A stretch of DNA of 64,000 nucleotides from the NCBI GenBank assembly GCA_944392555.1, contig CALXWZ010000001.1, positions 1,810 through 65,809 on the forward strand, written 5' to 3'. A program made the position numbers and the translations under genes. The notes under the pieces are model-generated. The model was not told the DNA's origin. It made no database searches and worked only from the letters and a program-made list of their open reading frames with translations. This DNA is from an uncultured Alphaproteobacteria bacterium (GTDB taxonomy: Bacteria > Pseudomonadota > Alphaproteobacteria > CAAHEQ01 > UBA3637). Below are positions 46,201 to 54,534 of this stretch, piece after piece (positions within the stretch are counted from its first letter, which is position 1; the number at the start of each line of letters is the position of its first letter).

Positions 46201-46410
46201 ATGGCTAAGATTATGAAACTGGATAAAGCAAGAGAAGCGATGATTATCAAAGAAGTTTTAAAGTTAATGGAAGAGGAACTTTTTGAAAACGGCACAATGT
46301 ATGGACTAACGACACATCAAATCAATGCGCTCATCGAGCAAGGAACTTTATATTCTCAAAAGGAAGTTTCCGTCAGAAGTTATCTGCCGGTGAGTGCAAC
46401 ACGGCATTAA
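46201..46410 (+). CDS. small hypothetical protein, divergent from the repressor (cro-position ORF)
   Basis: 69 aa, divergently oriented 140 bp from the repressor start. No HTH recognised. Confidence 0.3.
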   Translation: MAKIMKLDKAREAMIIKEVLKLMEEELFENGTMYGLTTHQINALIEQGTLYSQKEVSVRSYLPVSATRH

Positions 46411-46512
46411 CGATCGTGTTTCAAATCCGTTTTAAGCGTATCAATCAAAAACAAGGAGCACTGAATATAAAATTCAATGCTTCTTGCAGGCTTTTTGATA
46501 AGTTCATCAAAA

Positions 46513-47532
46513 TTATTTCAGATTTTCCCGAAAGAATGAAGTGATTTTATCAAACGGGATTTTATCTGTTTGATCATATAAATCCGTATGGTTTGCATTC
46601 GGAATAATCATCAATTCTTTGTTATCTCCCGTAAGATTTTTAAACGCATCTTCGCTGAAATAACGGCTGTGGGCTTTTTCGCCGTGAATCATCAATACGG
46701 GATTTTTAATTTCATTGCTACGTGTTAAAATCGGCATATTGATAAAAGACAGAGCGTATGTCATATTCCAACCGGTATTGGAGTTTTTAGAACGCTTATG
46801 ATACCCGCGCGGTGTTTTATAATAGTTGTAATAATCTTTTACGAATTGCGGTTCATTGCCGGTCAGTTGATCGGGCAAGCCGGCTTCGGGAGCGTAAGTT
46901 CCCGTCGCAAAGTCTTTTGTGCGTTGCGCATTGAGTTTTTCTTTGAGCTTGTAGCGATCTTCTTCACTCATAACATCAAAATAACCGTTTGCATTCACGC
47001 GACTCATATCATACATCGTAGAAGTAACGGTTGCTTTGATTCGCGTATCCATGGCTGCTGCGTTCAATGCGAAACCACCGAATCCGCAAATGCCGATAAC
47101 GCCGATTTTATCGGCATCAACTTCCGGTTGCACGCTTAAAAAGTCAACGGCCGCACTCATATCTTCCGTGTTAATATCGGGAGAGGCAACCAAGCGAGGT
47201 TCGCCACCGCTTTCCCCCGTGTAAGAGGGATCAAATGCCAAAGTAATGAATCCGCGTTCGGCCATTGTTTGGGCATATAGACCGGAAGATTGCTCTTTAA
47301 CGGCGCCGAATGGACCGCTGACGGCAATCGCCGGCAATTTTTCGCTTGACTTTTTCTTCGGAATGTATAAATCTCCGACGAGTTTAATGCCGTATCTGTT
47401 TTTAAAACTGACTTTTTTAACATCAACGAGTTCGCTTTTCGGAAACGTTTTGTCCCAACTGTTACGGCAAAAAAACCAACCGGCAAGCACCCCGACAACC
47501 AAAATAACTGCTATAATAACAAACCTCATCAA
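46513..47532 (-). CDS. alpha/beta-hydrolase-fold protein (N-terminal membrane anchor); nucleophile elbow G-I-C-G-F-G suggests a Cys nucleophile (dienelactone-hydrolase-like)
   Basis: IGVIGICGFGGFA in the G-x-Nuc-x-G position; HG at HGEKAHSRYF near the C-terminus; N-terminal TM MMRFVIIAVILVVGVLAGWFF. Confidence 0.6.
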   Translation of the reverse strand: MMRFVIIAVILVVGVLAGWFFCRNSWDKTFPKSELVDVKKVSFKNRYGIKLVGDLYIPKKKSSEKLPAIAVSGPFGAVKEQSSGLYAQTMAERGFITLAFDPSYTGESGGEPRLVASPDINTEDMSAAVDFLSVQPEVDADKIGVIGICGFGGFALNAAAMDTRIKATVTSTMYDMSRVNANGYFDVMSEEDRYKLKEKLNAQRTKDFATGTYAPEAGLPDQLTGNEPQFVKDYYNYYKTPRGYHKRSKNSNTGWNMTYALSFINMPILTRSNEIKNPVLMIHGEKAHSRYFSEDAFKNLTGDNKELMIIPNANHTDLYDQTDKIPFDKITSFFRENLK

Positions 47533-47788
47533 TCCCTCCTGTGTTTATATATTAAAATAAAGAACGAATCGAGTGTAGGGGCTAGAGCAGACTCTAAGTC
47601 AAGCATTATTTTTATTTCCCGGCCGAAAATTTGATAATATACGGTATAAATTGGATTTTACTCAAAATAAAAATTGCTTTTTAAAGCGATATTTGCTTTA
47701 ATGTTTTTCATTGAATGAATTAATTTTATTCAAAAATGATTTTAAATAAAATGATTTCGGATTCCGTTGTTAAAATAAAGGAAATAAA

Positions 47789-49204
47789 ATGAAAAAAGAA
47801 AGTTTCGGAACACGTTGGGGATTTATATTGGCGGCAGCCGGCTCGGCTATCGGATTAGGAAATATATGGCGTTTTCCGTATCTTGTGGGTCAATATGGTG
47901 GATTGAGTTTTATTTTGGTTTATCTGTTGATTATTTTATTTATTTGTAATCCGTTAATGGTTTCCGAAATTGCGCTGGGGCGAACCTCTAAAAGTAATTT
48001 TGTAGATGCATATCGGGTTATCGGAGCCAAAATCGGTATGAAATATCTGGGCGTTTGGTCCTTTTTCGGCGGATGGATGGCATTTATCGGGCTCAGTATG
48101 ATTATTTCTTTTTATTTTCTGGTAGCAGGATGGGTGTTATATTACTTATTGGAAGCGCTCTCGGGCAACTTATTGCAAATTGCTCCCGATAAATTATCGG
48201 ATACATTTACGGCTTTAACGCATAGCTTTTCCATACAATACGTGTGCGGATTGATTTTTATGTTTGTTACGGCACTGATTGTGATTGCGGGTGTGAAAAA
48301 GGGTATTGAAAAAGCGGGGATTGTTTTAATGCCGATTTTGTTCGGTATTATGCTGATTTTATGCGTGCAATCCGTTTCTTTGGAGGGAGCGGATAAAGGC
48401 GTCAAATTTTTATTAACGCCCGATTGGCATTATCTGGGCTTTACGGATGTGGGATTTAAGTGGAGTGTGTTGTTTGATACATTTTTGGCAGCACTGGGGC
48501 AAGCGTTTATTTCTCTCTCATTGGGTTTTGGCACATTGCTTGTTTACGGCTCCTATTTTTCACCCAAAGAAAATTTATTTAAATCTGTTCGCAGTATAGA
48601 AATTTTTGATACGTTAGCCGCGGTATTAAGTGCCGTCATCATTTTACCGGCCGTGTTTGCGGCGGGCTTATCTTCCACTTCCGGCCCTGGGTTAACGTTT
48701 ATTTCATTACCGTTTGTTTTTCAGCAATTATCGGGCAGTTTATTCTGGTCGGTAGCTTTTTATTTATTGCTGACACTGGCAACCATTACATCTACGATTT
48801 CTATTTTTGAAGCCATGACGAATTTATTTATGGACAAACTGCATTTAAATCGCTTCAACGGTGTATTGGCGGTTATGTGCCTATCGTGTTTGGGTTTTAC
48901 GGCGGTAACGGCATCTTATTCGGGTGTTTGGGACATTCAAATCGCACAACGAAACATTTTTGAATTGTTTGATTGGATTTCATCTACCTTTACAACGGCA
49001 ATCGTTTCCATGACAATGGCTTTATTCGTCGGCTACTCGGCGATGAAAGCCATTATTCACAATATTCGCAAATCGGCCGTTGTTTCATCGGCATTTACGC
49101 GCTATTTTTTGGTAACACTCCGTATCTTTGCGCCATTAAGTTTAGGGTTATTGCTGTGTGTGGCTCTTTATAATGCGTTTAGCGTGTATTTGTTTCAAAG
49201 TTAG
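47789..49204 (+). CDS. sodium-dependent transporter, SNF (neurotransmitter:sodium symporter) family
   Basis: WGFILAAAGSAIGLGNIWRFPYLVGQYGG is the NSS family signature; ~11-12 TM segments. Confidence 0.8.
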   Translation: MKKESFGTRWGFILAAAGSAIGLGNIWRFPYLVGQYGGLSFILVYLLIILFICNPLMVSEIALGRTSKSNFVDAYRVIGAKIGMKYLGVWSFFGGWMAFIGLSMIISFYFLVAGWVLYYLLEALSGNLLQIAPDKLSDTFTALTHSFSIQYVCGLIFMFVTALIVIAGVKKGIEKAGIVLMPILFGIMLILCVQSVSLEGADKGVKFLLTPDWHYLGFTDVGFKWSVLFDTFLAALGQAFISLSLGFGTLLVYGSYFSPKENLFKSVRSIEIFDTLAAVLSAVIILPAVFAAGLSSTSGPGLTFISLPFVFQQLSGSLFWSVAFYLLLTLATITSTISIFEAMTNLFMDKLHLNRFNGVLAVMCLSCLGFTAVTASYSGVWDIQIAQRNIFELFDWISSTFTTAIVSMTMALFVGYSAMKAIIHNIRKSAVVSSAFTRYFLVTLRIFAPLSLGLLLCVALYNAFSVYLFQS

Positions 49205-49374
49205 GTTATCGTTTTAATATATTGAATAAACAGTATAGTGATTTATCTGGTTAGAGATGTTTCTTTGTGCGTGGAGAAGGGGAATAAATCTTATTATCCG
49301 ATTGCTTGTTTACGATGTTTGAAAGCCGACGGTGATTTTTTCAGAAATGATAATGTGCCCCAAATAACGGCATA

Positions 49375-49406
49375 AAAAAACAGCCTTAAAATTGGCTGTT
49401 TTTACT
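49375..49406 (-). terminator. rho-independent terminator downstream of tRNA-Glu
   Basis: Minus strand: aaaaACAGCCaattttaaGGCTGTttttttat. Confidence 0.5.
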
Positions 49407-49483
49407 TGGCGACCCCAGCGAGATTCGAACTCGCGTTACCGCCGTGAAAGGGCGATGTCCTAGGCCTCTAGACGATGGGGTCC
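49407..49483 (-). tRNA. tRNA-Glu (anticodon UUC)
   Basis: Reverse complement GGACCCCATCGTCTAGAGGCCTAGGACATCGCCCTTTCACGGCGGTAACGCGAGTTCGAATCTCGCTGGGGTCGCCA with anticodon loop CTTTCAC. Confidence 0.9.
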
Positions 49484-49498
49484 TTTTCGGATTTCTCT

Positions 49499-49527
49499 CT
49501 TATAACCTTTTTTTCTTTATTTTGCAA
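49499..49527 (-). promoter_or_regulatory. sigma70-type promoter for tRNA-Glu (TTGCAA-17-TATAAG)
   Basis: Minus strand: TTGCAAaataaagaaaaaaaggtTATAAG, 8 nt upstream of the tRNA 5' end. Confidence 0.5.
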
Positions 49528-49746
49528 GTCTTTTTTTAAAAATTTGCTCCTTTTTTTATTTCTTATTGATTTTATTTGATATTTAAAAATTTTTCTCTTG
49601 CCCTCTATCTATTCTTGACGCTTTTTTTATTTGCGTTTGCATGAAGCGGGAGCCTCATTATCCCTTTTGCGTTCCACTTGGTCAAAGTAGGCTTTAACCG
49701 GAATGTATCCTCTCTTCTACCTGTGATTAAAACGCATTAACACGCA

Positions 49747-50892
49747 TTAAAACGTTAACCGATGAATATCGCCCATTTGACATTTTGTAATCGTCAAGCC
49801 GTAATTTGTAATGGCCGTGCCTTGTGCCTCGGCCGATTCGATGCGATGCATCATTTCCATCCGCGTGAGCATACAACCGCCACATTGACATATTAATTTA
49901 TATTTGCTCAAATCATCGGGCAACTTTCTGCCTTTGGAAAATTCAATATTCAATGTTTTTTGTGTGTATTTTTTCAACAGGTTCGGAATCACCGTGCGGG
50001 CAATATCGTCTTCTATGGTTGTGTGCGAACAGGCTTCGGCAATTAACACAAAATCGCCGTCTTGCAGGGTATCTATCACATCAACGCCCTTTAAAAATGT
50101 TTCAAAATCACCCTTTGCTTTCGCAAATAAAACGGAAAACGTGGAAACGCGTTGCGTTGGCTTCACAACACTCAATACTTCCTTAATCACCTTTGAATCG
50201 GTGATAACCAAATCATAATCTTGCTTTTTGAGCGCATCGGGTAATTCTTCCGGTGTAACACCGCTCACAATCGCATGTTTATCTAAACATTCACGAATTG
50301 TTTGTACCTGTGGCAAAATCAACCGTCCGACGGGAGCCGCCGCATCTTGTGGCATTACAAGCAAAACGCTTTCTTTCGCATGCACCAACCCGTCCAGCAA
50401 ACGTTCGGGTTGTTTGCCTGTTAAGGCTTTACGTAATGCTTCTATTACCTCGTCAACCCCTTGGCCTGTTTTGGCATTGACTTGAAGCGCACCGACGGGC
50501 GGTGTATATAAATCGCATTTATTATAAACGATAATAAACGGAATCCGACGTTCATGAACAACGGACAAAATACGTTTATCGGCTTCGTTCAGTTCGGCGG
50601 ATTGACGCACAATAACGGCACAATCGCTGATTTTCAGCGTATCCAGTGTTGCACGCTCGCGCTCTTGTCCGAGTGGGGTGTTATCATTTAATCCCGCGGT
50701 ATCGCAAAAAATAACCGGCCCGAAACCCAAAATTTCATACGCCTTGGAAACCGAATCGGTTGTGGTGCCCGCCGTATCGGATACAATAGATGTTTTATTT
50801 TGAAGGAGCGCATTAAAAAGTGAAGATTTTCCCACATTCGTTTCGCCGATAATGCAAATGCGTTTACGCAAGCCCGTCGGTGCTTTTTCCAT
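49747..50892 (-). CDS. hydF: HydF-like [FeFe]-hydrogenase maturation GTPase (candidate)
   Basis: G1 GETNVGKSSLFNALL, G3 DTAG, G4 NKCD. C-terminal Cys/His cluster: ACSH...(~48 aa)...ICQCGGC resembles the HydF CxHx(44-53)HCxxC FeS-binding motif, with Q in place of H. Confidence 0.55.
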   Translation of the reverse strand: MEKAPTGLRKRICIIGETNVGKSSLFNALLQNKTSIVSDTAGTTTDSVSKAYEILGFGPVIFCDTAGLNDNTPLGQERERATLDTLKISDCAVIVRQSAELNEADKRILSVVHERRIPFIIVYNKCDLYTPPVGALQVNAKTGQGVDEVIEALRKALTGKQPERLLDGLVHAKESVLLVMPQDAAAPVGRLILPQVQTIRECLDKHAIVSGVTPEELPDALKKQDYDLVITDSKVIKEVLSVVKPTQRVSTFSVLFAKAKGDFETFLKGVDVIDTLQDGDFVLIAEACSHTTIEDDIARTVIPNLLKKYTQKTLNIEFSKGRKLPDDLSKYKLICQCGGCMLTRMEMMHRIESAEAQGTAITNYGLTITKCQMGDIHRLTF

Positions 50893-50924
50893 TTTCAGCC
50901 TCTTTCAATTTACAATTCTTTTTC

Positions 50925-51482
50925 TTAAAACAAAAACCGCATACCGGCATAGACTTCATGCGCTACAAAACGCAAATCATCCTCGCCGAGTTCAACTTTG
51001 CCCATGTCAACATAACGATAACCGCTGTCAAACGTTAAATTGCGGGTGAGTTTAATCCCGAGCCCTGCGGTTGCATTCCAAGCAAAATTACTGCCGGATT
51101 CTTTTATATGCGTTAAATTATCTTTCACGGAATAAATCGCCGTGCCGACACCACCGCCGAGATACGGCCGAACATATCGCGTAATCGGTGCGTCTACATA
51201 CGCATTGGCCATGACCCGTTGAAAATCGGCATCTAAATCCAGTTGTTTATCGTCATAATCTGCGCGTGAAATATAGGTATATTCAACTTCTCCGCGAAAG
51301 GCGCCCGAATAAAATCCGATGTATCCCGAGCCGAAACCGCCCGAAACATAATCGTCAATAATATCCTTTTCATGCACGTCGCTGATACCGCCACGCACGC
51401 CGAAATAGCCGTTGCGTGCCTGTGCGGGCAGGGCTGTCAATAATAATGCCACCAAAAATAATGAACTAACTTTTAAAAACAT
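50925..51482 (-). CDS. small outer-membrane beta-barrel protein (OmpA-like TM domain / OmpW-type)
   Basis: Signal peptide MFLKVSSLFLVALLLTALPAQA; alternating amphipathic beta-strands; C-terminal aromatic ...GMRFLF typical of OMP beta-signal. Confidence 0.65.
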   Translation of the reverse strand: MFLKVSSLFLVALLLTALPAQARNGYFGVRGGISDVHEKDIIDDYVSGGFGSGYIGFYSGAFRGEVEYTYISRADYDDKQLDLDADFQRVMANAYVDAPITRYVRPYLGGGVGTAIYSVKDNLTHIKESGSNFAWNATAGLGIKLTRNLTFDSGYRYVDMGKVELGEDDLRFVAHEVYAGMRFLF

Positions 51483-51636
51483 TTTTTGCCTCCGTTTCTT
51501 ATGCGTCCCATATTATCATATCAACAAACAAATTGTCAATGTGAAAAAATCCGACGGATTTTAATTGACCCGTTTGTGAAAATCTGATATGATGAAAACA
51601 AGTTTATGGTTGGCAGTGCCGAACGGAGGGTTAGTT

Positions 51637-52449
51637 ATGGAATTTACCAAAATGCACGGATTGGGTAATGATTATGTTTATATCAATGCCATTAAAGAGC
51701 ATTACGATAATTGGGCGTTTTTGGCAAAAAAAGTATCACAACCGCATTTCGGCGTGGGGAGCGATGGGCTGATTTTAATTCTCCCTTCCAAAACGGCTGA
51801 TTTTAAAATGCGCATTTTTAATGCCGACGGTTCAGAGGGTGAAATGTGCGGTAATGGGATTCGTTGCGTCGGGAAATATGTTTATGAAAATAAATTAACG
51901 CGCAAAACGCATTTGTTCATAGAAACGTTGGCGGGTACCAAAGAATTATTTTTGCGAGTAGAAAATAGTCGCGTCGTGATGGTGCAGGTAAATATGGGAA
52001 CGCCGATTATTGAGCCTTCCGTTTGTATTTCATTGCCGGATAATCGGGATATTTTCGGACAGCCCGTTTCCATGGGGAATCCGCATTTTGTCGTGCCGGT
52101 GGCAAATGTGTTTGATTACCCCGTTGAACGAATGGGGCAGTTGATTGAACGCAATCCCTTTTTCCCGAACAGAACGAATGTTGAATTTGTGGAAATTCGG
52201 GATAGAACGCATATTAAAATGCGGGTATGGGAGCGGGGAAGCGGGGAAACATACGCCTGCGGAACGGGGGCATGTGCGGCGGCTATGTCGGGCATAGATC
52301 AGGGATTTTTGGATAATACGGTGGATGTGGAACTGCTGGGCGGGCATTTGCAGATTTCGTATGATTCGTTTTATAATACCGTTCAGATGAGCGGGCCTGC
52401 CGAAACGGTATTTACAGGCACGTTTTCAGATTCGTTTCTGGCAGGGTAA
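51637..52449 (+). CDS. dapF: diaminopimelate epimerase
   Basis: MEFTKMHGLGNDYVYI, GNGIRCVGKY (Cys73-region) and ACGTGACAAA (second catalytic Cys). Start at M17 with GGAGGG RBS. Confidence 0.85.
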   Translation: MEFTKMHGLGNDYVYINAIKEHYDNWAFLAKKVSQPHFGVGSDGLILILPSKTADFKMRIFNADGSEGEMCGNGIRCVGKYVYENKLTRKTHLFIETLAGTKELFLRVENSRVVMVQVNMGTPIIEPSVCISLPDNRDIFGQPVSMGNPHFVVPVANVFDYPVERMGQLIERNPFFPNRTNVEFVEIRDRTHIKMRVWERGSGETYACGTGACAAAMSGIDQGFLDNTVDVELLGGHLQISYDSFYNTVQMSGPAETVFTGTFSDSFLAG

Positions 52450-52693
52450 GTTTGTTAATTGACTATGGTATCCATATTATTCCGTAAATTTTAATAGTCA
52501 TTGATAAAAATAAATTGACATTCGGATTGTTTTCATTCAGTCTTAAAAACAGAAAAGTAGGTTGAACACCATATCAATTTTACTTTGCGGACATTCATGT
52601 GTTATTTCGGGGGACACAATGAAAGCCGACAGCGGTTAGCTGTTGCTTGTCCGAAAAAGCAAAATGGATCCCGATGATGTAAGGAGATAATTT

Positions 52694-53620
52694 ATGAGTG
52701 TAACGGTTGCAATTATTTTAATTGTTTTAGTAGCGTTTGTTATTTTTAAATCGCTTGTTATCGTTCAACAAGGATATGAATACACGGTGGAAAATTTCGG
52801 GCGATATACGCGCACGCTTACCCCGGGTATGCACTTCTTGGTGCCGATTATTGAACAGGTAGGGGCAAAGTTAAGCAAAATGGAACAAGTGCTGGATGTG
52901 CCCTCGCAAGAAGTGATTACCAAAGATAACGCGATGGTTCGGGTAGATGGTGTTTTGTTCTACCAAATTCAAGATTCCGTGAATGCGGCTTATCAAGTCG
53001 GTGATTTGCAGTTGGCGATTTTGAATTTGATTATGACGAATATCAGAACCGTTATCGGTAGTATGGAAATTGATGAGTTGTTGTCGCAACGTGATATGAT
53101 TAACCATAAGTTATTACAAGTTGTTGACGAGGCGACAATTCCTTGGGGTGTGAAAGTAACGCGTGTGGAAATTAAAGATATTACACCACCGCGGGATTTA
53201 ATTGACGCCATGGCGCGCCAGATGAAAGCCGAACGTGAAAAACGGGCCAATATTTTGGATGCGGAAGGCTATCGCCAAGCCGAGATTTTGAAAGCCGAGG
53301 GTGAAAAGCAAGCCGCGATTTTAGATGCGGAAGGTAAACGCGAGGCGGCATTCCGTGAAGCAGAAGCACGGGAGCGGACGGCGGAAGCGGAAGCGAATGC
53401 TACAAAGATGGTGTCGGATGCCATTGCGCACGGGAATGTGCAGGCAATTAACTACTTCCTCGGTCAGAAATACATTGAAGCGTTGCAAGGAATTGTTACT
53501 TCACCGAATCAAAAATTGCTTATGTTGCCACTTGATACGGCCAATGTAATGGGTTCGGTTGCGGGTATTGCCGAAATTGCAAAAGAAGTCCTCGGAACGC
53601 ATGAAAAGAAGAAAGGATAA
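52694..53620 (+). CDS. SPFH/band-7 (stomatin/HflK/C-like) membrane protein
   Basis: N-terminal TM; SPFH core ([30 protein letters not shown]...VDGVLFYQI...); Ala/Glu-rich coiled-coil C-terminus. Confidence 0.8.
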   Translation: MSVTVAIILIVLVAFVIFKSLVIVQQGYEYTVENFGRYTRTLTPGMHFLVPIIEQVGAKLSKMEQVLDVPSQEVITKDNAMVRVDGVLFYQIQDSVNAAYQVGDLQLAILNLIMTNIRTVIGSMEIDELLSQRDMINHKLLQVVDEATIPWGVKVTRVEIKDITPPRDLIDAMARQMKAEREKRANILDAEGYRQAEILKAEGEKQAAILDAEGKREAAFREAEARERTAEAEANATKMVSDAIAHGNVQAINYFLGQKYIEALQGIVTSPNQKLLMLPLDTANVMGSVAGIAEIAKEVLGTHEKKKG

Positions 53621-53626
53621 GGAAAA

Positions 53627-54070
53627 ATGTCATATATTGAATGGTCGGCACTCGGTATTTTGTTAATTTTGTTAGAGCTGTTTGCTCCCGGCGTTTATTT
53701 GATATGGTTTGGCTTTGCCGGACTTGTTATGGCGGGATTAACATTCTTTAATGCGGAATTAACGTTAACCGTGCAACTGCTTTCATTCAGTTTAATTTCG
53801 GTTGTGATGGTTTGCATCGGATTTTATGTATACGCGTTGTATTTGAAAAAAGACGGGCAAACGAATCATCCGTTTTTGAATGACCGTTCGGCGCAGTTAG
53901 TGGGTAAAACGGTTAAAGTGACGGCAGATGTTCAAAACGGGCAGACGAAAGTTGCCGTGGGCGATACGGTTTGGCTTGCGCAAACGGACGAAAACTTTAA
54001 AGCCGGTGACGAGGCTTTGGTGATTGGCGTTCAAAAAGGTGTCATCCTGTTGTTGGGCAAAAAAAAGTGA
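53627..54070 (+). CDS. NfeD-family membrane protein (partner of SPFH protein)
   Basis: Two or three TM helices followed by a C-terminal OB-fold-like segment (GKTVKVTADVQNGQTKVAVGDTVWLAQ...). Immediately follows the SPFH gene. Confidence 0.7.
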   Translation: MSYIEWSALGILLILLELFAPGVYLIWFGFAGLVMAGLTFFNAELTLTVQLLSFSLISVVMVCIGFYVYALYLKKDGQTNHPFLNDRSAQLVGKTVKVTADVQNGQTKVAVGDTVWLAQTDENFKAGDEALVIGVQKGVILLLGKKK

Positions 54071-54534
54071 TGTTCAGCAGGGGAAAAAGACATTTGTTTT
54101 GAGATGACAATATGTCCGATCAGAAAAAGGCGGTGTATCTGAATAAGGTATACCGCCTTTTATTATGGCGATAAAAAATAAAGATGTAAGAGTTAGGGAA
54201 ATATGAATGAATGGATTGAGAAATACACGCTGTAAGATTTGCGGATAAGTCTATTAGAACAAAAAAAGTTGTGCGGTTTTAGTTATCAGGCACAACACGA
54301 AGCTAAAAAACAAACGCTGTTTTGGGCTATATAGGCTGCCTATACAAAAAGGTCCGTCTAGATGATATAGTATAAACAGGATTATAAAGGTATTTTTAAA
54401 ATAATCAAGTAAAAATTTAAATTCAAATATCTGATTGTAAAATAATAATTTTTTAAGATTTCTTTTTGTGGGGTGATTTCGTGCTTTATTCCCTCTACAT
54501 AAACGGACGTTTATGTAGAATAGGGAGAAAGAAA

